A stretch of DNA of 64,000 nucleotides. It comes from Setoptus koraiensis (lineage: Eukaryota > Animalia > Arthropoda). Position 1 is the first letter of the stretch; every line of letters starts with the position of its first letter. Below are positions 35,339-44,634 of this stretch, in pieces. Under the pieces are notes generated by a model. The model was not told the origin of the DNA and searched no databases. It saw nothing but the letters and a program-made list of their open reading frames with translations. The DNA is taken from NCBI GenBank assembly GCA_048013815.1, contig CM106586.1, positions 10,974,001 through 11,038,000 on the forward strand, read 5' to 3'. Position numbers and translations under genes: made by a program.

Positions 35339-37579
35339 ATGGGCCACAATTTTCAAAGCTCCATCCTCAGGGTGGTGGTGGGCCAAGTGTGTGAAGCTGT
35401 CGGATACAATTCGATCACACAACAAAGTCTAGAAATTCTAGTAGATCTCCTCAGAAATAGAATTATACTTTATGGAAGTTTGTCTGCCGAGCTATGCAAC
35501 CTCAACTCGCGTGTGGAGCCGACCATTTACGATGTACTCAGAGCATTCAAACTTTTGCGAGTTTCCATAGATGGCCTACAGGATCATATATCAAACGTGG
35601 AAATACCTCCAATTCCACTCAAGATTCGTCCAAATTATCCGGCCAAACCGGTGAATAGAATACAGCGTCACCTATTGATTGATGACCTTTTGGAGGCAAC
35701 GAAAAACAAAGCTAACGTTTCTGACTCTGCGGCTGTCGATTCCGAAGAGGCCGCTCAACAGAATTCAACTCCTTCTTCGACTCTTATGAAAGACATGTTC
35801 GCCGATGTACTGAACAGTTTCAAAGATGTTGCCCCTGTTTCGGCTGACAAGACAATCAGGCCCCCTAGTCCCAGATCTGTTAGTACAGTTATCAAGATCA
35901 AGAAAACAGCCTCACCTTTACCTGATGAAAACAAGGTTGATCATTTGCTACACCAATCGACAACCTCCAGACCTAAGACTCTAGCCGAAAGAAAAGCTCT
36001 GCCTTTAGATTTAGATACAAAGAGCTTCTTAAAAATATCGAGGCGACAGATAGGTGAGAAAAAACGAGGCAGAAAATCTCTCAAAGAGACCAAGGAAAGA
36101 GAGAAAGAAGATCTTCGGGCCCTAAAGAAGAAGATGGCATCTAAGACCGTGATGAAAGCAGTCAAATTGAGCAAGAAGGAAAAGAGTTCCAAAGATAAAT
36201 CGAAGAAGATCAAAAAATCTTCATTGAATCAATCTCCTGGACATTCCCCTCTGCCCACAGATAATCCCATCAAGATCCCAAAGAAGAGAGGTCGAAAGCC
36301 CAAGAAAGATAAACTACTCGCAGAAGAGTCTGTCACCCCCCAAAAGAAAGTTGGGCGAGTAAAATCCGGTAAAAAACTAAAACTGGATAAGAGGCGCAAG
36401 AAGACGGGAGATAAAATGAAAGTGAAACTCGACAAGGAGAAATCCAAGAGTGAGAATAATGTAAATGATGATGCAGTCATTGATCCTGAGCAAGGTATCC
36501 CGGCAGATGAAATGGTCGACGTTCCTCCCAAAAAGATTGAAAAGAAGAGAGGCAGAAAATCCAAGAAAGAGTTAGAAGCTCTGGCTTTGGCGGAGCAAAA
36601 GGCACTTCTGGCCAAGATTGATTCCGAGGATGATAAACGAAGGGAACTAGAAATGGAGCAAGAAAAAAGATTAGAGAAGGAGAGAGAGGAGATGGAGAGG
36701 ACCAAGAGAGAGGAAGAGAAGGAGCGAGAAAGAGAAGTGGAGAGAGAAAAGGAAAGAGAAAAGGAGAGGGAGAGAGAAAGGGAAAGAGAGAAAAAAATAT
36801 TGGAATGGGAAAGAGAACAGCAAGAGAAGGAAAAAGAAAGGCAAAAAGAAAAAGAGCGAGAAGCAGAAGAAGAGAGGCAAAGAGAGAAAGAAAGAGAAAA
36901 GACCAAGACGAAGGACAGGGTCAAGGAGAAGGTGGACACGGGATTCTCCGGCGAAGTCACGAAGAAAAAGAAGAAAGCCGGAAAAGCTGGTCGCAAGAAA
37001 AAGAACCAATGCATTATTATTACAGAAACTGTCGATACAGAGGATGCTCCGCGAACTGACGAGCAAGAGTGGTTTTGTCCTGCTTGTGGTAAGGCTGATG
37101 ACGGTTCACTCATGTTAGAGTGCGAAACATGTAAGAATTGGTATCATTTCAGCTGCACTGCGTTGACCAAACAGCCAGACGAGGAAGAAGACTGGTTTTG
37201 TGATCTTTGTCTTCAAGCTGCTTTGAAATCGAAGCAATCCAAAGCGAAAGAGGTGAAAGTTTCAAAAGATCGAAGGGATTCTAAAGAGAACAAAGAAAAA
37301 AGCCGCGATCCAAAACCATCTACTTCCAAGGTGCCCACTGAAGTCATTCCTGAGGCCGCTGATTCAGATGATGCCGCTTGTCCTGTGTGTAATAAAACCG
37401 ACGACGGTTCTCTCATGCTTCAATGCGAGGATCCCGACTGTGCAAAGTGGTTTCATGGAAGTTGTGTAAATATTTATGTAACACCAAGTGAAACAGAGCC
37501 ATGGTTTTGTAAGAAATGCGTGGAGAAACAACAATTATACCTTAATACGGCCTATGACAAACGCAAGCGAAGGAAATGA
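35339..37579 (+). CDS. TAF3: TFIID subunit 3 (histone-fold BTP domain, K/E-rich linker, two PHD fingers), intronless, 746 aa
   Basis: N-terminal VVVGQVCEAVGYNSITQQSLEILVDLL..VEPTIYDVLRAF; PHD motifs WFCPACGKADDGSLMLECETCKNWYHFSC and CPVCNKTDDGSLMLQCEDPDCAKWFHGSC. Confidence 0.93.
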   Translation: MGHNFQSSILRVVVGQVCEAVGYNSITQQSLEILVDLLRNRIILYGSLSAELCNLNSRVEPTIYDVLRAFKLLRVSIDGLQDHISNVEIPPIPLKIRPNYPAKPVNRIQRHLLIDDLLEATKNKANVSDSAAVDSEEAAQQNSTPSSTLMKDMFADVLNSFKDVAPVSADKTIRPPSPRSVSTVIKIKKTASPLPDENKVDHLLHQSTTSRPKTLAERKALPLDLDTKSFLKISRRQIGEKKRGRKSLKETKEREKEDLRALKKKMASKTVMKAVKLSKKEKSSKDKSKKIKKSSLNQSPGHSPLPTDNPIKIPKKRGRKPKKDKLLAEESVTPQKKVGRVKSGKKLKLDKRRKKTGDKMKVKLDKEKSKSENNVNDDAVIDPEQGIPADEMVDVPPKKIEKKRGRKSKKELEALALAEQKALLAKIDSEDDKRRELEMEQEKRLEKEREEMERTKREEEKEREREVEREKEREKEREREREREKKILEWEREQQEKEKERQKEKEREAEEERQREKEREKTKTKDRVKEKVDTGFSGEVTKKKKKAGKAGRKKKNQCIIITETVDTEDAPRTDEQEWFCPACGKADDGSLMLECETCKNWYHFSCTALTKQPDEEEDWFCDLCLQAALKSKQSKAKEVKVSKDRRDSKENKEKSRDPKPSTSKVPTEVIPEAADSDDAACPVCNKTDDGSLMLQCEDPDCAKWFHGSCVNIYVTPSETEPWFCKKCVEKQQLYLNTAYDKRKRRK

Positions 37580-37977
37580 CCACAACCATGATTGTTTTAA
37601 CTCATCAAACGAATGAACTTAATTGATCTCTACTTTTTTTTATATATGCCATGTATATAACACTGATAAGAATAAATTATTATCTCTACATTGACTGTAT
37701 ACTAGGAAGTAAAGTGAAGTGGCGAGGTCTTCCGGAGCGGGTGTTCACCATCAACCATAACCTTCCCATCACAAAGGACTCATATTTGTTTGAAAGTTGC
37801 GCTTAGGTGTGCCCCAATGAGTGATGTTGGGAAAGGCTCAGTAGAGGCGCATCGAGCGTCGCTATGAGGCATGTGTTTTGTTTTTTGTTTGGTTAGGGAT
37901 GAATGAATTTTGGTCCGATAAACTATTATTTCTGAAGTATAGATTGGGTTCATTTACATGGGAATATTGACACGGAC

Positions 37978-38382
37978 ATGTCTACACTACTGAGAACCAT
38001 CGGCTGGCCTTTCAAGCCTCTTGTGATGAGAACTGTCACCCAAAGCCAATTCAGGATGTTACATGAGGATGAACATACGGGTATCATATCAGCCCCGAGC
38101 CCATTCGAGAGACCCAAAGCCAAATGCATTTTGTGCGAATATAAAATTGATCTGGACTACAAGAATACAAGATTACTTAGTCAGTTCTTATCTCCATTCA
38201 CGGGAGAGATTTACGATAAACACATAACAGGATTGTGTGAGAAACAACAAACTATTTTGGAGAAAGAGGTAAAAAAATCCAGACAAGCACTTCTCATGCC
38301 TTGGATTTATAAGAAACCCAAATTCAATAAGGACCCACCACTCTTCAATCCTGACAAACCTCGAAGAGCCAATCCATATTGA
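37978..38382 (+). CDS. MRPS18C: mitochondrial ribosomal protein S18C
   Basis: CILCEYKIDLDYKNTRLLSQFLSPFTGEIYDKHITGLCEKQQ bS18 motif preceded by a mitochondrial-targeting-like N-terminus. Confidence 0.92.
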   Translation: MSTLLRTIGWPFKPLVMRTVTQSQFRMLHEDEHTGIISAPSPFERPKAKCILCEYKIDLDYKNTRLLSQFLSPFTGEIYDKHITGLCEKQQTILEKEVKKSRQALLMPWIYKKPKFNKDPPLFNPDKPRRANPY

Positions 38383-38387
38383 ATTTC

Positions 38388-38461
38388 AACACTTTTGAAT
38401 CACTTCGGGTTTATTAATTAGAAAAACACTTTTGAATCACTTCGGGTTTATTAATTAGAAA
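38388..38461. repeat. exact 37-bp tandem duplication filling the MRPS18C/RIOK2 convergent gap
   Basis: aacacttttgaatcacttcgggtttattaattagaaa x2. Confidence 0.95.
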
Positions 38462-38470
38462 TAACATCAA

Positions 38471-39895
38471 TTAAAAACAGTCCCCGTATGAAGCCGCGTC
38501 CTCAGCTGAAATTTGTTGGTTAGTTTTTCGTCTTCTCCTCACTGGATTGGCTTCACCTTTGATGTTCTTAGGCTTAGCGGCCTGTCTTTTCTTCTTATTC
38601 ATCTCCTTTTTTATTAATTCAGCTCTTAGTTTACGTCGAGCTTCGTCACGACTTATAGTAATTGCGGAAAATTGAGACATACAATCGTCGAGATCAGCTG
38701 CTTCATCTGGAATATCTGATTCGGAACATTGCTCATCACTAGAACGATCATGATCTACAATAGCATCCAACTGGGTATCTTGGCTATCTTCATTAATAAC
38801 TTGTAGATTGATAGAGAGCTCAGCATCGTCGACTTTTCCAACTTGAGCTTGAATTTCGTTCAAATTGCTCGCAGACCTTGTATTTTCCTCCGGGTTGTCT
38901 TCAACATCTGCTGATTCTAGGACATCTTTGAGGAACAACTCCATGGCGTCTGGCTCTTCTCTTACCACATCAATGTCGTCCCAAGTAGGTATGTTGTCGG
39001 AGGTATATCTGAATCTTTTTGCGAAAAACTCCACAATACAATTGACGTCTCTTTCGAAGTACTCTGGGGCTAGCTCATGATCTAGTCCCAGCATTTGGGG
39101 TAGATCAATTATTATTGGTACCAACTCTTCACAGGTGCCCGATTTCTCATTTTTTATTATGATGTTGAACTCGTTAAAATCTCCGTGAATCACTCTTGTT
39201 TCATTAGCGAATCGGAGGATCAACTCCATCAGTTTGTCGTACAAGTTGGCGATAATTTTATCTCTATTTGTTTCTTCGAAAGAATCCATAGTGAAATGAT
39301 TGAGTAAATGGCCATCGATCAATTCCATAACTACCACATGCCGATTATGATCTATTGGCTTTGGTACGGGTAGCTTTTTACAATGCATGTATCTCATAAA
39401 CTCGTATTCTCGTTGAGCCGCCTTTCTACTGAGATAGATCCAACTTGTTTTATTTTTACTCTTGGTATAAAAATCTCGTTTCTCCGACACCTTCCTGAAG
39501 CAGGTTCGTCCAAGACGATGAAACTTGATTGCATAATTGGTTGTTTGATCGGGAGACTGACAAATAAAGACATCACTCTCTTTGCCTACGCCAATTTGAT
39601 TGCCCACACCACCCAACACTTCTCTATGAGTAAGTGCATTCAAGGCGAGAAAATCGTAGCCATGATAAGTGAGACGGTAACCGTCATATCTCTTGCCTCT
39701 TTCGTAGGCTAATAATTTGTGCTTCGTGAGGTCCACCAATATTTTTCCACTGCCACCATACCTCAGTGTGGCTATTGAATTTATGAGTGGTCCAGGTACA
39801 AGTTCATGGTTTTTCATTCCCATTTCTACCGAGGTCAATATCTTGAAATCTTCGGCAGAAAGATAGCGTAATAAAGTTACATCCAATTTCACCAT
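38471..39895 (-). CDS. RIOK2: serine/threonine kinase RIO2, intronless, 474 aa
   Basis: VEMGMKNHELVP, GYRLTYHGYDFLAL, IGVGKESDV, AIKFHRLGRTCFR, IHGDFNEFN, IIDLPQM. Confidence 0.97.
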   Translation of the reverse strand: MVKLDVTLLRYLSAEDFKILTSVEMGMKNHELVPGPLINSIATLRYGGSGKILVDLTKHKLLAYERGKRYDGYRLTYHGYDFLALNALTHREVLGGVGNQIGVGKESDVFICQSPDQTTNYAIKFHRLGRTCFRKVSEKRDFYTKSKNKTSWIYLSRKAAQREYEFMRYMHCKKLPVPKPIDHNRHVVVMELIDGHLLNHFTMDSFEETNRDKIIANLYDKLMELILRFANETRVIHGDFNEFNIIIKNEKSGTCEELVPIIIDLPQMLGLDHELAPEYFERDVNCIVEFFAKRFRYTSDNIPTWDDIDVVREEPDAMELFLKDVLESADVEDNPEENTRSASNLNEIQAQVGKVDDAELSINLQVINEDSQDTQLDAIVDHDRSSDEQCSESDIPDEAADLDDCMSQFSAITISRDEARRKLRAELIKKEMNKKKRQAAKPKNIKGEANPVRRRRKTNQQISAEDAASYGDCF

Positions 39896-39980
39896 GACTA
39901 TCTCCTTGATTGCCGCTTGATATCCAAATTAAATTAAATCAAATGGAAAAACGTTTGTAAAGGGTACAGATGTAAAAATA

Positions 39981-40322
39981 ATGTACATTTACGTTTCCAA
40001 TATATCAATGAATAACATAAACCCTGCCATCGGTTTTTGCATCTTTGTAAGCACGTGGTACGCAGTCTCTTTTCAAAAGCAGTTCTTGAGATTGCCGGAA
40101 GGGGCGCTCCCGACTCGCAAAAACCTCCACAGTAATGCGTATTGCTGTAACTATGCAATGGTAAACAAACAATTTTGTCGGATGTACAATTGTCAGATGG
40201 GATCATCATTATCCTTATATTTTTTTTATGCAAATTTACCATATATATATCAGTATTATATATTCTCACTAGTTTTAGAAACTCTTTTAGCATTGAAGGC
40301 AAACGGGCATAATCTAGTGTAA
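39981..40322 (+). pseudogene. possible eroded METTL23-like methyltransferase remnant
   Basis: Frame-switching scraps RSLFSKAVLEIAG / ALP resemble the recalled METTL23 motif RSLPGKAILEIGAGVSLPG, and YQ..SLVLETLL resembles its C-terminal part. No intact ORF is present. Confidence 0.3.
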
Positions 40323-40426
40323 TCAAGCTCAATACACCATATCCAGCCAAAAGCAATTAAACAGATTGATTCTATAGTAATAATAATAGTAATAGTAGTA
40401 AGAGATAATAATAGAAACTTGCAATA

Positions 40427-40915
40427 ATGACTTGTCATAATACTTTAGCAGCCACAAAAGTAGCAGATCAGCTTATATCTAGGCTGTTCAATCATAAGCA
40501 ATTTACATCTGGCGAAATCAGATATTTAATCGAAGAATTTGAAGAACAATGCTCGTTAGATGGAACATTGGACAGGGCATTGAAGCAACAAGAAGATGTG
40601 AGAATTATCTCAGATTTAACTGAGAACAATCTATGCAAATTAGATGACAAGCAAGCTAATGATCTGAATGAACACATATCAGATTTGTTAGAATCAGGTG
40701 ATAGCCTTTTAAAACTGGAAACCAATGAGGAACAGAAAAGAAATAAATTACTGGAAGCATCTAGACTGGAGAGAAATACTGTTATGGAATCCAGTGCAAC
40801 TACAACACTGAATAAAAACAATCTAGTTGACGAAGCGTTCTTGAAGAAAGAACAAGAATTGGAGCAAAGATATTTGAAATTCGAGGAAAAAATCAACGAC
40901 ACTACTCAATTATAG
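40427..40915 (+). CDS. BLOC1S5: BLOC-1 subunit 5 (Muted)
   Basis: SRLFNHKQFTSGEIRYLIEEFE resembles the Muted motif SRLLDHRPVIQGETRYFVKEFE; 162-aa coiled coil. Confidence 0.8.
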   Translation: MTCHNTLAATKVADQLISRLFNHKQFTSGEIRYLIEEFEEQCSLDGTLDRALKQQEDVRIISDLTENNLCKLDDKQANDLNEHISDLLESGDSLLKLETNEEQKRNKLLEASRLERNTVMESSATTTLNKNNLVDEAFLKKEQELEQRYLKFEEKINDTTQL

Positions 40916-41170
40916 TATTAATACTAAAAATAATAATTAAGACAACTACGCACATTATGTAACAAACCAAATAAGCGATGAACTATAGCAAATTAAACTG
41001 GGACGATTCTACATTGTTCTCTTCCTTGTTTTCGCTCACTCTTCCTCATCAGGTGGGCGATATGCTTTCATGTGAGTTTGTATTGTTAAATCGAATGTTA
41101 AATTCAGTAAGATTTCAATAAAGAATACATCAAAATGCAAAGATGGCCAAGATCATTCTAATGACATTTT

Positions 41171-42202
41171 CTATTTGAGATTAAGACTGAGAAGAGGATG
41201 CAAAGGATTGATATATCCTATGAGTATCTTGTGGGCTCTGACAGTGGCCTCCTTCATGGCCATGATATCGTTTTTTCCCATACCCCAAGAGGTGACAACC
41301 GGGTATCTGTCCTCGTCCATCAGATGCAATAGACAATGATTATCGGATACAAATTCAAACTCGAACGATCCTGCCCAATCGTCTTGGATCCAAACATCGT
41401 GTATTAATTGATAAAATAGGTCGTCGTTTACATCATCGGTTTCGATGAGACAGATGTTATTAGCTAGCTCCTCAGTGGAATTGCCCAGAACCTTTTTAAC
41501 CACATCAGCTCTGTAGCGATTCCTTACAAATATGGAGTTATCTTCATGATCTATGTGTATTGCGCAAGCTATCGGATTGGCGGCACTTGGCTCGGCGTGT
41601 CTATCGTATACGTTGATACTTTCTAGTTTGGCCAACATCAGTTCGGCAGCTTGACGTTTGGCCAACTTTTTTGATCTACCTTCGCCTATTGTCATCTGAT
41701 TTAATCTATTGATCTTGCACGATATGCGGAATATTCGTTCATGAGCCAAGCCCTCCTCTTGATATGTATCATAATCGGGCGGATTAACTCTCAACTTCAT
41801 GCAAATCTCTTGAAGTTTACCAACTGGATTTGGCTCGCTAGTAGAATTTAACGATGCACTTGGTGGCGGACTTAGACTAGACAATGTGTCAAAATTGATA
41901 CCATCTATGCTGAGATCAGAGCGCATTCTGAGTTTATTGATTGCCTCTTTGGCTGCCGCGTGTCTTGCTTTCTTCTTGCTTTGTCCAGCAGCAGTTACAG
42001 TTATATTGTCAACAGTAACTGCCATCTTGAAGGTAGGTTCATGTACGCTACCTTCAGTGGATAGCAATTGATATTCGGCTGTCAAACCATTCCTAGAGCA
42101 TATCTCTTGTAATAATGTGATAGGTGGCGATTGTTTGCTAATAGAAATTTCCATTGGTATTGCGTTAGTTTCCGCGACAATCTTATCACAGCACTGCTGC
42201 AT
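41171..42202 (-). CDS. loqs: Loquacious/TRBP/PACT-like dsRNA-binding protein (2 canonical dsRBDs plus a degenerate third), 343 aa
   Basis: PITLLQEIC..EGSVHEPTFKM..GQSKKKARHAAA; NPVGKLQEIC..EGLAHERIF..GRSKKLAKRQAA; C-terminal type-B-like CLLHL..VVTSWGMG..EATVRA. Exact orthology (loqs vs r2d2/PACT) is uncertain. Confidence 0.82.
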   Translation of the reverse strand: MQQCCDKIVAETNAIPMEISISKQSPPITLLQEICSRNGLTAEYQLLSTEGSVHEPTFKMAVTVDNITVTAAGQSKKKARHAAAKEAINKLRMRSDLSIDGINFDTLSSLSPPPSASLNSTSEPNPVGKLQEICMKLRVNPPDYDTYQEEGLAHERIFRISCKINRLNQMTIGEGRSKKLAKRQAAELMLAKLESINVYDRHAEPSAANPIACAIHIDHEDNSIFVRNRYRADVVKKVLGNSTEELANNICLIETDDVNDDLFYQLIHDVWIQDDWAGSFEFEFVSDNHCLLHLMDEDRYPVVTSWGMGKNDIMAMKEATVRAHKILIGYINPLHPLLSLNLK

Positions 42203-42838
42203 GGCTGCAGACGATAATCCGCTTGCTGGTGGACAATGATAGGTGAGATTAATAATAACAATGTTATATTATGTACAAAATAGGTACAAAATACAGAAGA
42301 TTCAGCCACACGCGAAAAATGATCACGTTATTCACCGTTTTTTATTTGTCCAGCGGCAGAATTCAAAATCCCGATGGGGCACGGCCGTCAGCGGCACTGT
42401 TCGACTGAATGAGAGGATACCTAAAGCGGTTGGTGAGAGTAACAAGAAATCCTTTGGTTTAGGATCGCTACATCAATTTTAAAGATGGATATTTTTGAGG
42501 GCCGATGCTTATGATAAAGTGGAAAATAATCTCACTGAAAAAAATACATTTATCATGTTGTCAGTCTTCGAACCGACGTACCCTTCTTCATTCATAGCAC
42601 TCGATCTAGCGTGGGCGGGGCGGGGTATTTATGGATATCACGCTAGTTTTTAGAAGCATAAGGTGTCAACTTTATTTTATTATTATTTTTATTCCTCATC
42701 ATCACTATTATAATTATCATTATGCCATCGTTACTGCAATTACTATCATTATATAACTACTCCACTGTTGACTATTCATATTACGAGATAGCATCGTGAT
42801 TTTTATTATTATTGATTATTTGTGAAACCTACTATACC

Positions 42839-44302
42839 ATGTCTTGTGAAAGGACTGTCGCGGAAACTGTCGAAACATTATCGGAGAGGCTGCAAACCTC
42901 AACCCTCCTAGAGGATAGGAGAGATGCCTGTCGAGGATTGCGTTCATTGTCGAAAGATTTCCGGGTTGAGGTGTGCGCCCAAGCAATGGAACCACTAGTC
43001 CAGGCATTAAAATACGATCGCCAGGATTCAGAGATCGTCAACTACTGTTTGGAATCACTGAATTACATTATATCTGGCGCAAATGCCGAACTGTCAGCGG
43101 CTGTGGCCTCGGAACACACCCTCAACAGCAAGACCACCGATCCCGGGCTTGAGTTAGCTGAGATATTTTTGAAGAAGCAAGAGAATATTTCCATTATTTT
43201 GGAGATGCTAGAGGAGACAGAATACAAAGTCAGAAGGACAGCACTGAGGCTAATATGTGGTCTTGTGAGGCATAAATTATCCGCTGTTCAAGAGTCAATC
43301 CTCGCTTTCCCTGTAGGCGTTGCCACATTAGTGGAACTGCTAGCAGAAAATTTAGAACCAATAAGAACTGATGCAATTACTTTGTTTGTCAATATCACCA
43401 GAGACAGTCCAGCCATACAGAAATTAGTTGTATTCCAAAATGCGTTCGACAAACTACTAGCCATCATAACAGCAGAAAAATTCCTAGAGGGAGGCATAGT
43501 GGTCGAGGATTGTCTCATAATATTCTCGAATCTATTGCATTCGAATGAATCTAACAAATTAACATTTAGAGAAAACAATTACATTCAAAAATTCATGCCC
43601 TTCTTCAATGGATTACAGGACATAGAATGGGATCAGCAAAAAATAGCCAATATGATAATGGTGTTACGAATATTGGATTCATTGTTAATGGTTAACTGTT
43701 CACAAAATTTTGTTCAGTCGTGTCAAATTATCATGCAAAAATGCGGACTTCTGGAAAAATTATGCCATTTACTAGGGGCCAATTCAATACCGATAAACGC
43801 GCTGGGAGTCCTATCGGAGGCCATGAATTTGGCATCGGACATTGTTCGTGGTCAATTAGGTAACAATCAATTCCATTCAGATGTGACAATGCCTTCTATG
43901 GCTATGACCCCCGTTCTTTTGCTGTCCATGATGAAAGAATTAAGCCAAGATCAAGAGAGAAGAATAAATGAACTGTGTAATTATGTTCATAGTTTGCATA
44001 GTTTTGTTTCCGCAAATTACTCTACAAATCAACAAAGTCAGCCGCCACAAAATCATCAACAAATCCAATCTACAAATATTTGTTCATCAGACCAAACTGA
44101 TACAAACGGTAGACAATCATACAATGAATATACCTCAACACATAAAGTACAAAACGCTGGTACTAGTTCTGTAGACCCTTCTTTGTCATCATCTCACAAC
44201 ATGCCTCAAAGTCTTCCTACAACCCATCAGCACACTACTGCTACTAGCAACTATCGACCATTGTTAGACGAACTTGACTATTCTGATCCAAACATCATAT
44301 AA
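42839..44302 (+). CDS. USO1: general vesicular transport factor p115 N-terminal half fused in frame to a short tail (internally deleted), 487 aa
   Basis: ETVETLSERLQTSTLLEDRRDACRGL, IQKLVVFQNAFDKL, GGIVVEDCL. Homology to the armadillo head stops at ..LLLSMMKE (~43938), and most of the head C-half and the coiled coil are absent. Confidence 0.85.
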   Translation: MSCERTVAETVETLSERLQTSTLLEDRRDACRGLRSLSKDFRVEVCAQAMEPLVQALKYDRQDSEIVNYCLESLNYIISGANAELSAAVASEHTLNSKTTDPGLELAEIFLKKQENISIILEMLEETEYKVRRTALRLICGLVRHKLSAVQESILAFPVGVATLVELLAENLEPIRTDAITLFVNITRDSPAIQKLVVFQNAFDKLLAIITAEKFLEGGIVVEDCLIIFSNLLHSNESNKLTFRENNYIQKFMPFFNGLQDIEWDQQKIANMIMVLRILDSLLMVNCSQNFVQSCQIIMQKCGLLEKLCHLLGANSIPINALGVLSEAMNLASDIVRGQLGNNQFHSDVTMPSMAMTPVLLLSMMKELSQDQERRINELCNYVHSLHSFVSANYSTNQQSQPPQNHQQIQSTNICSSDQTDTNGRQSYNEYTSTHKVQNAGTSSVDPSLSSSHNMPQSLPTTHQHTTATSNYRPLLDELDYSDPNII

Positions 44303-44498
44303 ACAGCTCGATCGTGGTGTGAAGAACTACCACGATCTGAATGCCCACGGTGTTCTCGTTCTAAATAAAGAACAACGACGATCATATGACCTCATTTATC
44401 TCATGGTTTGGTTTATCTTCTTGTTGTTTTTAATCTATTTTCGTCATGCACTGAACCAGAGATCCTCGCATATTGCTCTTTTCGTATCAAACGAATAA
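44274..44498 (+). pseudogene. possible J-domain (DNAJC4-like) remnant
   Basis: SYKQL..KNYH-DLN (HPD with the P missing), AHGVL..NKEQRRSYDL, then a hydrophobic segment. Far too short for a J-domain. Confidence 0.3.
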
Positions 44499-44634
44499 AA
44501 TGAACGTTTAAGATAGAGTAGAGTATCCCCGAGTAGTAGTGACTCACCAATCTACTGATTGTATGATATTTGTCTCAAAATCTGAACTTTACCAAGAATA
44601 GGCATCTAAAGCGATCCATAGAAAGCACTGAACA

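Larger units (their letters stand above)
34708..35367. repeat. diverged palindrome forming the shared DCTN5/TAF3 bidirectional promoter and leader
   Basis: Arms 34708-34859 vs 35219-35367 (3 substitutions, one CAA indel) and 34994-35073 vs 35139-35218 (4 substitutions). An inner hairpin lies at 35072-35126. Confidence 0.95.

Noticed and set aside
34708-35367. Palindrome as a pure whole-genome-amplification fold-back artefact
   Set aside because: The arms differ by 7 substitutions, a CAA indel and a 134-bp insertion. Not fully excluded without native long reads.
35941-37416. Long hydrophobic or Ser-rich minus-strand ORFs
   Set aside because: Antisense shadows of the K/E/R-rich TAF3 linker.
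37690-37960. Possible structured ncRNA (RNase P/MRP, U3) or coding remnant between TAF3 and MRPS18C
   Set aside because: No convincing conserved boxes or peptide motif were recognised; a covariance-model search would be needed.
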